In this document: positions 26,158 through 35,262 of the stretch, piece by piece | How the letters are laid out: each line of letters begins with the position of its first letter | How positions within the stretch are numbered: position 1 is the stretch's first letter | DNA from: an uncultured Pirellulales bacterium | Lineage (GTDB): Bacteria > Planctomycetota > Phycisphaerae > Sedimentisphaerales > Anaerobacaceae | Reading direction: 5' to 3' | DNA length: 42,013 nt | Assembly (NCBI GenBank): GCA_964348055.1 | Contig: CAYGBH010000001.1 | Coordinates: 1-42,013, forward strand | Made by a program: the position numbers and the translations under genes | Notes under the pieces: model-generated | Databases searched by the model: none | Seen by the model: the letters and a program-made list of their open reading frames with translations, nothing else | What the model was told of the DNA's origin: nothing

Positions 26158-27117
26158 TCAAAACGCACCATGTTGGGCAACAACTCTCCAAACAGTCAAG
26201 AATAGAATCTTAAAGTCGAGTGCAACTGATTTCTTATCCACGTATTCCAGATCATACTCTACGGTTTTCTTAAAGGTTAATCTGCCTCTACCGTTAATCT
26301 GGGGCAACCCTGTTATACCGGGTTTGACCGTAAATTTTCGCATTTGGTCGGCGCGGTAATTGGTGAGCATTTCCGGGATTTCCGGCCTGGGGCCCACAAG
26401 TCTCATGTCACCAGTCAAGACGTTCAAAAAATTAGGTAGCTCATCCAGCGTGGACTTTCGCAGCCACTTTCCTGCTTTTGTGACGCGTGGGTCGTGTCGT
26501 ATCTTAAAAGTAATCTGTTCGATTTCCTCTTTGGTATAATTATAATCGTATAGCTCAGGAAACCTCTGTTTTGCATCTGCGTACATGGTCCTGAATTTTA
26601 CGAACCAAAATGTCTTTGGTACCCAGTAGGACTTCTCGAAGGAAAAATTGGGATCGACAATTTCGTACCTGGGATCATTGAAGATTTTTCTTCCCCGTAC
26701 TTTGCGGCTTCTTGAGAGCCTTCGTTGGAAGAACAAGGCCGGACCGGGTGAATCAAGTTTAATAATCAGCGCCACCACCAACATAATTGGCAAGGAAAGT
26801 ATTATTGCTATAGCACTGACAATGACTTCACAGGCTCGATATATTATTCTTCGTGCTATCTCACTGCGAGACAATGACGATCCATATCCTTCTTCGGCCG
26901 GGATGCAGAATATTTTTCTCTGTTCGGCTTCAGTCTTGGGCTTGCAGGTATTGTTTACATCTCGTTTGTGCTTTTTAGCTTGACTGATCTTCAGGCCCTT
27001 CCCCTTCAATACGCTAAAATTATCGGTGCTCGTTGCCATATGTTGTTTCTTGGCAGAACTATAGGAATTGTTCACAATATTTTTACGAAGTTTCACAGGT
27101 ATTTTTCCTCCAATCAA
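26158..27117 (-). CDS. Polyprenyl-phosphate phosphoglycosyl transferase (bacterial sugar transferase family, PglC/WbaP C-terminal-domain type), the initiating enzyme
   Basis: Family motifs are 'SPGPALFFQRR', 'KFRTM', 'DPRVTKAGKWLRKSTLDELPNFLNVLTGDMRLVGPRPE' and 'KPGITGLPQING'. The start is uncertain: TTG at 27117 or ATG at 27039. Confidence 0.9.
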   Translation of the reverse strand: MIGGKIPVKLRKNIVNNSYSSAKKQHMATSTDNFSVLKGKGLKISQAKKHKRDVNNTCKPKTEAEQRKIFCIPAEEGYGSSLSRSEIARRIIYRACEVIVSAIAIILSLPIMLVVALIIKLDSPGPALFFQRRLSRSRKVRGRKIFNDPRYEIVDPNFSFEKSYWVPKTFWFVKFRTMYADAKQRFPELYDYNYTKEEIEQITFKIRHDPRVTKAGKWLRKSTLDELPNFLNVLTGDMRLVGPRPEIPEMLTNYRADQMRKFTVKPGITGLPQINGRGRLTFKKTVEYDLEYVDKKSVALDFKILFLTVWRVVAQHGAF

Positions 27118-27146
27118 GAAACGGAAGCAATCCTATAGAAACGCAA

Positions 27147-28469
27147 CTAAACGTATTCCAGCAGAAACTTGATTGTTCTTCTGGTCGTATTTACAAAACC
27201 GAGGTTAACAAAAGACCTTATAAACATGGACAAGGCAGTCCTGAAAGGCAAATGTATGTTTTTGTTGCGTAAATAGCAATCTCTGCATTCAATGAATGCT
27301 GGATTCTTACTATTGACAGTTCTTCTCAAAAGTAGAAATTTCCTGTTATTCCATATATCCTCAAAATTACTGTCTAAAAGATTGCCAAAGCTTTCGCCCA
27401 TTGCACAACATGGTCTGACCTGTCCATCGTAGGTGACATACATTGTCTGCCATGGTTCGTAGCAGACTTTCACTTTGGAAGAGTTTGTACTCTTTTTCTT
27501 ATTAGCCTCTCCACTGGCGCGAGTTTCACCATTATCGGATTGCTCGCCATCGGTTGTTCCGTCAGTTCTTGTGATTAGAGCAATCAGGTCTTGGACACTT
27601 CTCGAATCGCTATCCCCATCAAAGAGGCTTTTTAGGGCTATAGCACCGCACTTTGCCTGTTCTTGTTTCTTCTTTTCTATAAGTTCGTTAAGATTCTGCA
27701 GGGCCAGCGGAACATCAAGTTTGGGAAAATACGGTGGTGCGATCAGGTTCACACGGCATTGATTTGCTACCTTCCTTGATTCCTTCAGGAGCTGAGTTAC
27801 TGTATTTCTATCATAGTAATATAGACACTCTTTAACAGCCCCTGAATCCGGAGGCGAGAAGTTCTGCACTGCTATTTCCTTGATGCCTATTTTAGCCAAG
27901 ATTCTTATCATTTCAGGCAACTCGTGTATGTTGCGGCGCATTGCTACGAAATTTACTCGCATGAAGGGCTTGTTACTTCGCTCCCGGATCTTTATCTCGT
28001 GCAGAGCTCCAATATTTTCCAATACCTCTGAGAACTTTGCACCAACTCTTATAGCTTCGAAGGTCTGTTTGGTTCCGCCATCTATGGAAAATGTGACCTG
28101 ATCGAGTTGCAGGGCAACAAGCCGCTCAGCGATTTGTTTGGTGATCAGTGTTCCATTAGTTATGATATCTACAAAGATGTTCGATTTTTTGAGATATTCT
28201 AATTTAGCCAAAAATGTCTTGTTCAGAAAGGGCTCGCCAAAGCCAACCTCATGTATAATCCTGGCGCAGGAAAACACAGGTTTGGTACGCTCAAAGATAT
28301 TATCTTTCATAATTCCGCCATAGATTACTTTACTGTGTGTACACGTTATACAACGCAAATTACAGCTTAATGACACCTCGACAAAAACCTTCCAAGGTTT
28401 GGTCAAGACTGTGGGCCTCATAAATCTCTTCTCAAAAAAATTGACAAGCATGTTGGCTTTTTTATGCAC
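27147..28469 (-). CDS. Radical SAM / SPASM-domain protein
   Basis: The cluster motif is 'CNLRCITC', with 'GFGEPFLN' downstream. The SPASM-like tail reads 'CYEPWQTMYVTYDGQVRPCCAMGESFGNL...CRDCYL'. A low-complexity acidic/Ser-Thr linker of about 70 aa ('DGDSDSRS...TDGTTDGEQSDNGETRASGEANKKKSTNSS') separates core and tail. The start is GTG at 28469 or ATG at 28451. Confidence 0.88.
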   Translation of the reverse strand: MHKKANMLVNFFEKRFMRPTVLTKPWKVFVEVSLSCNLRCITCTHSKVIYGGIMKDNIFERTKPVFSCARIIHEVGFGEPFLNKTFLAKLEYLKKSNIFVDIITNGTLITKQIAERLVALQLDQVTFSIDGGTKQTFEAIRVGAKFSEVLENIGALHEIKIRERSNKPFMRVNFVAMRRNIHELPEMIRILAKIGIKEIAVQNFSPPDSGAVKECLYYYDRNTVTQLLKESRKVANQCRVNLIAPPYFPKLDVPLALQNLNELIEKKKQEQAKCGAIALKSLFDGDSDSRSVQDLIALITRTDGTTDGEQSDNGETRASGEANKKKSTNSSKVKVCYEPWQTMYVTYDGQVRPCCAMGESFGNLLDSNFEDIWNNRKFLLLRRTVNSKNPAFIECRDCYLRNKNIHLPFRTALSMFIRSFVNLGFVNTTRRTIKFLLEYV

Positions 28470-28613
28470 AACAAATCCCTTAGAGTTTATCCTTTTGCAA
28501 GAAAAGACGGATTGATGGTTGTGTATCTGAAATATCCTTTTTCAGGAGATGAACATCACAAAGCGGAATAAACCGGCTTCTTCCTTTTTGGGCACGTATA
28601 ATGTCATCCGTCC

Positions 28614-29840
28614 TTATACATCTTTGAAACGTAGCAAATCCTTTACTATCTTGGTCCTTTTTATCCCCCCGATATTTCCCGTTCCCTTAAGGCTCAACAG
28701 GTTATGAAGGACCAGATTTCTCACAGCGTAATTGCAACTGTAACACTCACACCCTGGTATCGATTGCACCCCATGTTTTGGCAATTCTTTGCACTTCCGG
28801 CGGAATTGGCGATAGCTTGGGCCTTTCCAGATATCCCGAAAAGTCTGAGTTGTGAGATTTCCCAGAGGGAGAGCACATTGGCAGCAGCCCTGTACTGATC
28901 CATCACTTGTTATGAGAGCAAAAAACCAAGGCAAATAACAGGGGACATGGCTGTAAATCGTTAAACTGGCAGTGTGATAATCTTCGCGTTGGATAGGAAG
29001 AGCTTGTCTCAAATCTAAATTTGTTCTTATTCCCAGACGCAACGCCTCGGCTCGAGCATCTTCTAAAGCAGTCTCTAGAGCATCGGAGTCACGAATAGCA
29101 TAATCACAACAAACATCATGCTCCATGGACTGTTTGAAGTACACAGCATCCAAACCTATTCGTTTTGCGTGCTGGACCGCTAACTTCACTTCGGCTAAAT
29201 TCTGCTGAAGCAGAACAAAACCATAAAAAATATAGGGCAGTTGTTTCTTAGACTGTCGGCGGAGGTCAACTAAAGCCCTGGCACCATCCAGGATCTTTTC
29301 AAAATCACCATTATGGCGAATATTGGATATCTTTCGATGGGTTTCTGTGCTCGCAGCATTTATACTGAGACGAATGGTCCGAACACCTAATTCCACCAAA
29401 GTTTTAGCCATTTCACGACTCAGCAAAACACCGTTGGTGTATAAGATTACCTCTAAACCATTTTGTCGAAAGGTCTCAACAAGTCGGGTAAATTTAGGGT
29501 GCAGAAGTGGCTCACCTCTACCGATCAGTTCAACATTCAAAGTACCCATATGGGCCAAATCAGTGGCTAGTTGTTCAGCCATTTCCAAGGGCATGAACTT
29601 AGTGCTTGGTACCGCTGGGCCCTTGTAAGGCTCAGATAAGCTGCCGTGGTCTCTGCAAAATATACATTTGTAGTTGCATGTATAAACCGGCTCGATTTGT
29701 GCGTAAAGCGGGCCAGCAAAAGTGTTCGATTTAGTCATCGCACCCAGACCCACTCGGAACATAGTAGTCAACCGGCGGGTGTGGCGCCGGAGCCTGCTTA
29801 GGCCCGAAGAAGAATCATACTTAACACTAATTTTAGACAT
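28614..29840 (-). CDS. Radical SAM / SPASM-domain protein
   Basis: The cluster motif is 'CNYKCIFC', with 'GRGEPLLH' downstream. The SPASM-like tail reads 'CYLPWFFALITSDGSVQGCCQCALPLGNL...CECYSCNY'. Confidence 0.88.
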   Translation of the reverse strand: MSKISVKYDSSSGLSRLRRHTRRLTTMFRVGLGAMTKSNTFAGPLYAQIEPVYTCNYKCIFCRDHGSLSEPYKGPAVPSTKFMPLEMAEQLATDLAHMGTLNVELIGRGEPLLHPKFTRLVETFRQNGLEVILYTNGVLLSREMAKTLVELGVRTIRLSINAASTETHRKISNIRHNGDFEKILDGARALVDLRRQSKKQLPYIFYGFVLLQQNLAEVKLAVQHAKRIGLDAVYFKQSMEHDVCCDYAIRDSDALETALEDARAEALRLGIRTNLDLRQALPIQREDYHTASLTIYSHVPCYLPWFFALITSDGSVQGCCQCALPLGNLTTQTFRDIWKGPSYRQFRRKCKELPKHGVQSIPGCECYSCNYAVRNLVLHNLLSLKGTGNIGGIKRTKIVKDLLRFKDV

Positions 29841-29918
29841 GTCAGGATCATACTTGCGAACTGCAGGGTAGAAACTGCCTTTTCAGGTAAGATTATGGAT
29901 TAGGAAGTTTGACAAGAT

Positions 29919-31037
29919 TTACCATTTAGCCTCGTAGATTTTCTCATAGGCGCTGACCGTTTGAATCGCGGCATCTTCCCATCTGAATTCAAGGGCACGA
30001 GCAAGTCCTCTGCGTATCATTTGCTCTCGAAGCTTTCGGTCTGTGAGACACTTGAAGATTCCCTCCGCCATATCTTCATCGCGATGTGGTTCTGCCAGCA
30101 GAGCTGCATCTCCAACCACCTCAGGAACTGAAGTAGCGTTCGATGCCACAACCGGTGTGCCGCAAGCCATCGCCTCTAACGGAGGTAGCCCGAATCCTTC
30201 AGAAAATGATGGAAACACAAAAACATCGGCACCACTATAAAAAAAACGCAATTCGTGGTGTGGATACCAATCTACAAACACTATATGGTCTGAAACCTTC
30301 AGTTTATTCACCAAATCGAAAATCTCCTTGTGATAGACACCTTTTTCCCCAAGCAGAACCAGCTTATGTTCGATTTTAGACTCATTCAAAAGGATGTGGT
30401 AGGCACGTATCAAACCTTCCACATTCTTTCGTTTAGTGAGTGTACCTAAGAAGAGAATATAAGGTCCTTCTATACCGGCAGCTCTGAGAAAGTCGTTTAG
30501 CAATTCCTTGTCGTCGACAGGTTTCATTTCATCCCCAACCGCAGGCCGGATAATGAAGATGCGCTCCGGATCAAAGGCGAACCGGTCAATAATCTTGGCT
30601 TTTATATACTCGGTGTTACAAAAAACGGCGGAGGCGTTTTTCATTGCTCTATTTATTAAATATAAGAGCCTCCAGCGCATAAGCGGTGGATAGAATGTTG
30701 GATCAGAATACTGACTCCAGCATACCATCGAAGCTATGAATCTGCAGGGAACAATCGGTGGGGCGACAAATGTCGCATGGAGAAGGTCAACGGGCCGTCT
30801 TTTTAATTCGAGAGTCAAACCAACAGAAATGGCAAGCCACTTGCCAGAAGGTTTGATGGTTTTTGTTTGAAAATTGTTGCCATCCAGCCTCAGCCCCTGA
30901 GTACTCTCTGGTCTTATGCCGTATATGGTGTATGTGTTCTTGTGGTCGTATTTAGATATAGTCTCTATGACTCTTTTGTCAAATATGGAGGGCCCCCCGG
31001 TGGTGGATAGAGGACTGGAGAAATAGCCGATGTGCAT
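29919..31037 (-). CDS. Family 4 glycosyltransferase (GT-B, Glycos_transf_1)
   Basis: It has the canonical '[27 protein letters not shown]' (E-x7-E) motif. Its ATG lies 3 nt after the upstream GT2 stop. Confidence 0.92.
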   Translation of the reverse strand: MHIGYFSSPLSTTGGPSIFDKRVIETISKYDHKNTYTIYGIRPESTQGLRLDGNNFQTKTIKPSGKWLAISVGLTLELKRRPVDLLHATFVAPPIVPCRFIASMVCWSQYSDPTFYPPLMRWRLLYLINRAMKNASAVFCNTEYIKAKIIDRFAFDPERIFIIRPAVGDEMKPVDDKELLNDFLRAAGIEGPYILFLGTLTKRKNVEGLIRAYHILLNESKIEHKLVLLGEKGVYHKEIFDLVNKLKVSDHIVFVDWYPHHELRFFYSGADVFVFPSFSEGFGLPPLEAMACGTPVVASNATSVPEVVGDAALLAEPHRDEDMAEGIFKCLTDRKLREQMIRRGLARALEFRWEDAAIQTVSAYEKIYEAKW

Positions 31038-31040
31038 CTG

Positions 31041-32063
31041 TTAACTCTCTTCTATTACGTTTTCTGCGATAGTACCTATTGTGTTTGTACGTTGTTTATT
31101 TTTAAGAGCTTTGTAACCTTTCCTCATGTGATAGTGAATCGTTCCACGGAACGTAATTCCATTGGCAAAGAGGCGGGCAATACGATTCGTTTCTGCACTT
31201 TGAAGAATCGGCAGCCAAAAGTGATCGACGGAGAATTTGTTGAATAAGAACTTCCGGCCGACTTCACGGGGAAGCATTTGCATAAAGGCCTTTAGACCTG
31301 CTTGAAGAGAGCAGTAATGGTACAACGGAAAAATGAATGATTTTGGTATGTTCTCGCTGAGCATATCAAAGTTAAGACCTCTTTCATATGCCCGCCGGCA
31401 GGCGCTTGTCAACGTCTCAGGATGATAATGGTATGCCAGTGCATGCTCACTGTAGATAGTTCTGAGCCCTTTCTGTCTCAACCTGTAGCCGAGCTCGATG
31501 TCTTCGTGAGCAGCACATCTACTTTCTTTGTATAGACCGTTGCTTATGAGAAAGTTTTTCTTCACAGAAATATTGCAGGCAAAAAAGAAAATACTATCCA
31601 GTTCACGTTTCCCCTCGAAACGGTAGTACATAAACGGGTCCCAGTATTTGTGCATAACCGTGGTGGGCAATTCCTTCGATTGAAGAACCTTACCCAACAC
31701 TGCAATATTTTCCGCCGGGTATTCCCTGTGCATTTTGAAGTGTTGTTCCAAAAGCTGCTCGCTGGCCCAAATGTCGTCGGCCATCAGGAGAACCAAATCG
31801 CTGCGTGCCTCTTTGATTCCCCGGTTTTGTGTATAGCCTGGCCCCCGGTTCTTATGACGAAAGTAGCGTAGTTCATAAGGCGACGACGACACAAACGCTG
31901 CCATCATCTTCTGAGTGTCATCGGGAGATCCATCGTCTACAACCAACACCTCAAAATCCGAATGATAAATTGACTGCTTGGTGAGCTTTTCCAGCGTTAT
32001 TCTTAATGTGTCACAGCGGTTAAACGTTGCTATTACTACGCTCAACGCGGGTGCGGTTGCCAT
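31041..32063 (-). CDS. Family 2 glycosyltransferase
   Basis: GT2 motifs are 'LSVVIATFNRCDTL', 'VLVVDDGSPDDT' and 'LLMADDIW'. The listed start at 32078 is TTG; the ATG at 32063 is preceded by GGGGA. Confidence 0.9.
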   Translation of the reverse strand: MATAPALSVVIATFNRCDTLRITLEKLTKQSIYHSDFEVLVVDDGSPDDTQKMMAAFVSSSPYELRYFRHKNRGPGYTQNRGIKEARSDLVLLMADDIWASEQLLEQHFKMHREYPAENIAVLGKVLQSKELPTTVMHKYWDPFMYYRFEGKRELDSIFFFACNISVKKNFLISNGLYKESRCAAHEDIELGYRLRQKGLRTIYSEHALAYHYHPETLTSACRRAYERGLNFDMLSENIPKSFIFPLYHYCSLQAGLKAFMQMLPREVGRKFLFNKFSVDHFWLPILQSAETNRIARLFANGITFRGTIHYHMRKGYKALKNKQRTNTIGTIAENVIEES

Positions 32064-32164
32064 CTGATGGATCCCCAATGAGTTTTATTGTTTTCCCTAT
32101 CTAGAATATCGTTCCGAAACCTCTTCTTGGACAATCTATTTGTTCGAAAGTGCGGTCACCGGCA

Positions 32165-33703
32165 TTATGAAAGGTCATATCCGTACTCCCGGCCCCAAAA
32201 GATATTTATGTATTTCTTGCTTACATAATGGCTGATATCTTTTCGTCTTAAATCCAGGTCAATTTTGAGGTCCCTCTCCTGAAATAATTTTTCTACTTTG
32301 CCGGTTTCCCATTTGTCATCGCTCAAAGACCAGAATTCATCGACCTGAGCTTTATATACTTCGGCGGCAGGATTATCGAGATTCGCGTTCAACAACCAAC
32401 GAAAAAGAACACGTATCTTTTTCAATTCCAGAGAAGGTAAGAACTCATCTTTAAATACCGAACCGCCACGAAAAGAGCCGACCTGGTCCCATTTGCTTTC
32501 ATCGATCATACCTTTGCGAATACATTCATGATACAATTCACTGCCTGGATAAGGGTTAAATGTCGAAAGCCACACTATATATGGCTTAATACGAGCATTC
32601 AAATGGATAGTCTCCATCATGTCTTCTATACTTTCTCCTGGTATTCCGATCATATTAAACGACTGAGGCTTCAAACCGTATCGTTGGGCAATACTGAAAA
32701 CTTTCATTAGCAGCTCATTACTGATATTCTTTTTCAGGACATTCTTGCGAACTGATTCATTACCAACCTCAATGCCCATTTTCACTACTTTACAACCGGA
32801 TTCCTTGAGTTGGCTGGCAACTCTTTCATTGAATAGCAATGCTTGACTGGTGCATGTATAGGGCAGTCCGATTTCATTTTTGTACCGAACAACAAACTCA
32901 TCAAGCCACTGTCCCTCCCGTGCCATAACATCATCCACAAACGTAAATCCCTTAATGTTCGTATACTTTATTTTCAACTCCTTTAACATTTTGATGGTGG
33001 CGTCCACACTTCTACGGCGTAGCATCTCTTTCTTCCTGAGAACATGCCCCTTGAAGGTTTGGATATCTTTGCTGTATTGGTTGAACAAAGGCTCGTTGAA
33101 ACAGAAACTGCACCTGTAGGGACATCCCCTGGTCACGATCACCTCGGCCCAGCCGCTTCTTGTTTCGACGATGCTGGAGTAGTCGAACACCTCGTGATCT
33201 TCAAAGGGCAAGCTGTCCAGATCTTTCACCCAGCTTAGCAGCGGCTCGCGAACTATCTTTCCATTCTTTCTGAAAAGAAGATTTGGAATTCCATCGAAGG
33301 ATTTTCCGGATTCGATACGATGAACCACTTCGGGCAGTACCTCATCTCCCTCACCTCTGCAGACAATATCGACCCAGGGTTCGGCGATTACTTTCTCCGG
33401 ATCGGCCGTAGGATGATGACCACCTACGATGATCGGGATCTTAAACTCCTTCTTTATCGATTTTCCAACTTGACGAGCAAAATACCACTGATTCGTAGTC
33501 ACTGAAAGGCAGATAAGCCCGGGTTGTAACCTACTGATATCATTATTAATCCGATCAAGATCGAGGGTGTAATCAAGTTCCGGTGAGATGTGAATAAGCC
33601 TCGTTTGATGACCTCCTCGCTTGAGAATGGCAGACAAAATGCCTATCCCCGCAGAATAACCCACTTCAGAACTGACCTCTGTATAAATAAACAAAACCTT
33701 CAT
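32165..33703 (-). CDS. B12-binding-domain radical SAM protein (class B-like; putative methyltransferase or other cobalamin-dependent radical enzyme)
   Basis: The N-terminal Rossmann-like B12-binding domain is indicated by 'MKVLFIY...', 'ICLSVTT' and 'IPIIVGGHHPT'. It is followed by 'VIVTRGCPYRCSFCFN' (CX3CX2C). Confidence 0.85.
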   Translation of the reverse strand: MKVLFIYTEVSSEVGYSAGIGILSAILKRGGHQTRLIHISPELDYTLDLDRINNDISRLQPGLICLSVTTNQWYFARQVGKSIKKEFKIPIIVGGHHPTADPEKVIAEPWVDIVCRGEGDEVLPEVVHRIESGKSFDGIPNLLFRKNGKIVREPLLSWVKDLDSLPFEDHEVFDYSSIVETRSGWAEVIVTRGCPYRCSFCFNEPLFNQYSKDIQTFKGHVLRKKEMLRRRSVDATIKMLKELKIKYTNIKGFTFVDDVMAREGQWLDEFVVRYKNEIGLPYTCTSQALLFNERVASQLKESGCKVVKMGIEVGNESVRKNVLKKNISNELLMKVFSIAQRYGLKPQSFNMIGIPGESIEDMMETIHLNARIKPYIVWLSTFNPYPGSELYHECIRKGMIDESKWDQVGSFRGGSVFKDEFLPSLELKKIRVLFRWLLNANLDNPAAEVYKAQVDEFWSLSDDKWETGKVEKLFQERDLKIDLDLRRKDISHYVSKKYINIFWGREYGYDLS

Positions 33704-33796
33704 TGCTCGCCCTTGATTTCTGCATTACTCACGAGTACGTCAGCAGTCGAACTCACTATTTCAAAACTCAGTATTCACGATGTTTTAGCATTTACA

Positions 33797-35122
33797 CTAT
33801 CTGTCCGATTGCCCGGGCTCACATTGGGCCTGCAATTTGTGAAGGACCTCCTCACCGACTTTTTTGCCGCTTAAGATGGCTTCGTCAGACCAAAGATATT
33901 CCCAAGCCCCATAACGACCACAGGGATAAATATTAAGACTATTGAGGTACTTATGGATTTTCTTGACCGCATCTATTCGGTGGTGGTCGTAGATCACGTA
34001 TGCGTACTTCAGATAGTGTACATCTTTGAATGATATGTGATGCTCGGGCTTTATGACGCCTACCTTTATAAGGTCGTTGTGAACTTTCTTTAGAAGCTCG
34101 TTTCTTTCAGGCGGATTCTTTCTGTCATACACCACCTCGGCCTGGATAGAGCTGGTTCCTTCCGGGTTCAGGCCGTCACAGAAATTATTTGGGAAACCTA
34201 TTCGGAAAAATGAAATTTCCTTCTCCGGAAAATGAATCCAGTGCTTGTCAGTGATATTCGGGCGGTCAACACCTATGTTAACAATCGCAATTGAATTGAA
34301 AGATAACCGATCTGCGGCCTCCCGGATTTCAGTCGGTACATGGAACAGTAGTTCAATAAAATCCGGCAGGGGTAGTGTTGTGATGAGATTATCATATTCC
34401 ACGACCTTCCCACCACTATTGAAAAAAACCTTCTTCTCTTCAGTATCTATGGCGGAGACCTTCATACCGTAATGAATGTTCTCAATTTTCGCGGCTATGG
34501 CTTGTGGAAGACCGGCGAATCCTGTTCCACATTCTGATGGATATTGAAAGCGTGCATTGGGCCCAAGGTAACTTGGCGCATCGAAAAATGCTCCCTTCAA
34601 AACCTCCGCAGCACTTGGCTGAGGAACACGTGCGTCCGTCCATTCATAGGTCATCTGTTTTGGAGATACCCCCCAGAACTTTTCCGCGTACGGTATCAGG
34701 AACGTCTTCGCAAATCCCTTGCCGAAGCTTTGAATCGCCCATTCTTTATAGTTTCTGGCGATGGAGTTCCTTTTGCGTTTGAGGAAACCCAATACGCAGC
34801 GAATTCTGAGCAACAGTGGAAGATGAGATGTGTTGATTTGAAATGGATAGTTAGTATATGTACCGTAGCTGTAAATCCATGCCCGCCGTTGATTGCTAAC
34901 TAATTTGACGGTCAACTCCCTCATCAATTTATGAAACAGCGGATCTTTGCTGTGCAAGACATGGAGTCCGAAATCAAATACAAAACCGTCCTTACACATG
35001 GAATCGGCGGTGCCTCCCGGCCTGTTTCTTTGCTCATAGATGGGAAATCCGGAATAATAGGCCGCCGCTAATCCTGCCAAACCACCTCCCAAAATAATTG
35101 TTTTGTTATCGTTCTCTGCCAT
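33797..35122 (-). CDS. FAD/NAD(P)-binding flavoprotein, UDP-galactopyranose-mutase-like / amine-oxidase-fold
   Basis: The dinucleotide-binding motif is 'IILGGGLAGLAAAYYSG'. 'GLHVLHSKDP', 'YAEKFWG' and the C-terminal 'PCGRYGAWEYLWSDEAILSG' parallel E. coli Glf segments ('GAHIFHTNDK', 'YTEKQWG', 'GGRLAEYKYYDMHQVIS') as I recall them. The specific activity is unproven. Confidence 0.75.
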   Translation of the reverse strand: MAENDNKTIILGGGLAGLAAAYYSGFPIYEQRNRPGGTADSMCKDGFVFDFGLHVLHSKDPLFHKLMRELTVKLVSNQRRAWIYSYGTYTNYPFQINTSHLPLLLRIRCVLGFLKRKRNSIARNYKEWAIQSFGKGFAKTFLIPYAEKFWGVSPKQMTYEWTDARVPQPSAAEVLKGAFFDAPSYLGPNARFQYPSECGTGFAGLPQAIAAKIENIHYGMKVSAIDTEEKKVFFNSGGKVVEYDNLITTLPLPDFIELLFHVPTEIREAADRLSFNSIAIVNIGVDRPNITDKHWIHFPEKEISFFRIGFPNNFCDGLNPEGTSSIQAEVVYDRKNPPERNELLKKVHNDLIKVGVIKPEHHISFKDVHYLKYAYVIYDHHRIDAVKKIHKYLNSLNIYPCGRYGAWEYLWSDEAILSGKKVGEEVLHKLQAQCEPGQSDR

Positions 35123-35125
35123 CTG

Positions 35126-35260
35126 TCAAAAACCAGCCTTCCTTAACAAGTAGAATATAAAGATCGACAAAATTGCACCCCACGCGGCGATAATCAGATA
35201 CCGGATTAAGGCTGGCAAGTGTTTGCGTTTCCTCGTTTTTTTTGATGCTTTATTCGTCAT
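35126..35260 (-). CDS. Small (44 aa) single-pass membrane protein, below the ORF-track length cutoff
   Basis: My manual translation is MTNKASKKTRKRKHLPALIRYLIIAAWGAILSIFIFYLLRKAGF*. The ATG at 35260 starts 2 nt after the Wzz-like stop (35263-35265). Its TGA ends 3 nt before the flavoprotein ATG (35122). The N-terminus is strongly basic and is followed by one hydrophobic helix. It fills an otherwise empty 140-nt gap exactly. Confidence 0.5.
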   Translation of the reverse strand: MTNKASKKTRKRKHLPALIRYLIIAAWGAILSIFIFYLLRKAGF

Positions 35261-35262
35261 GA

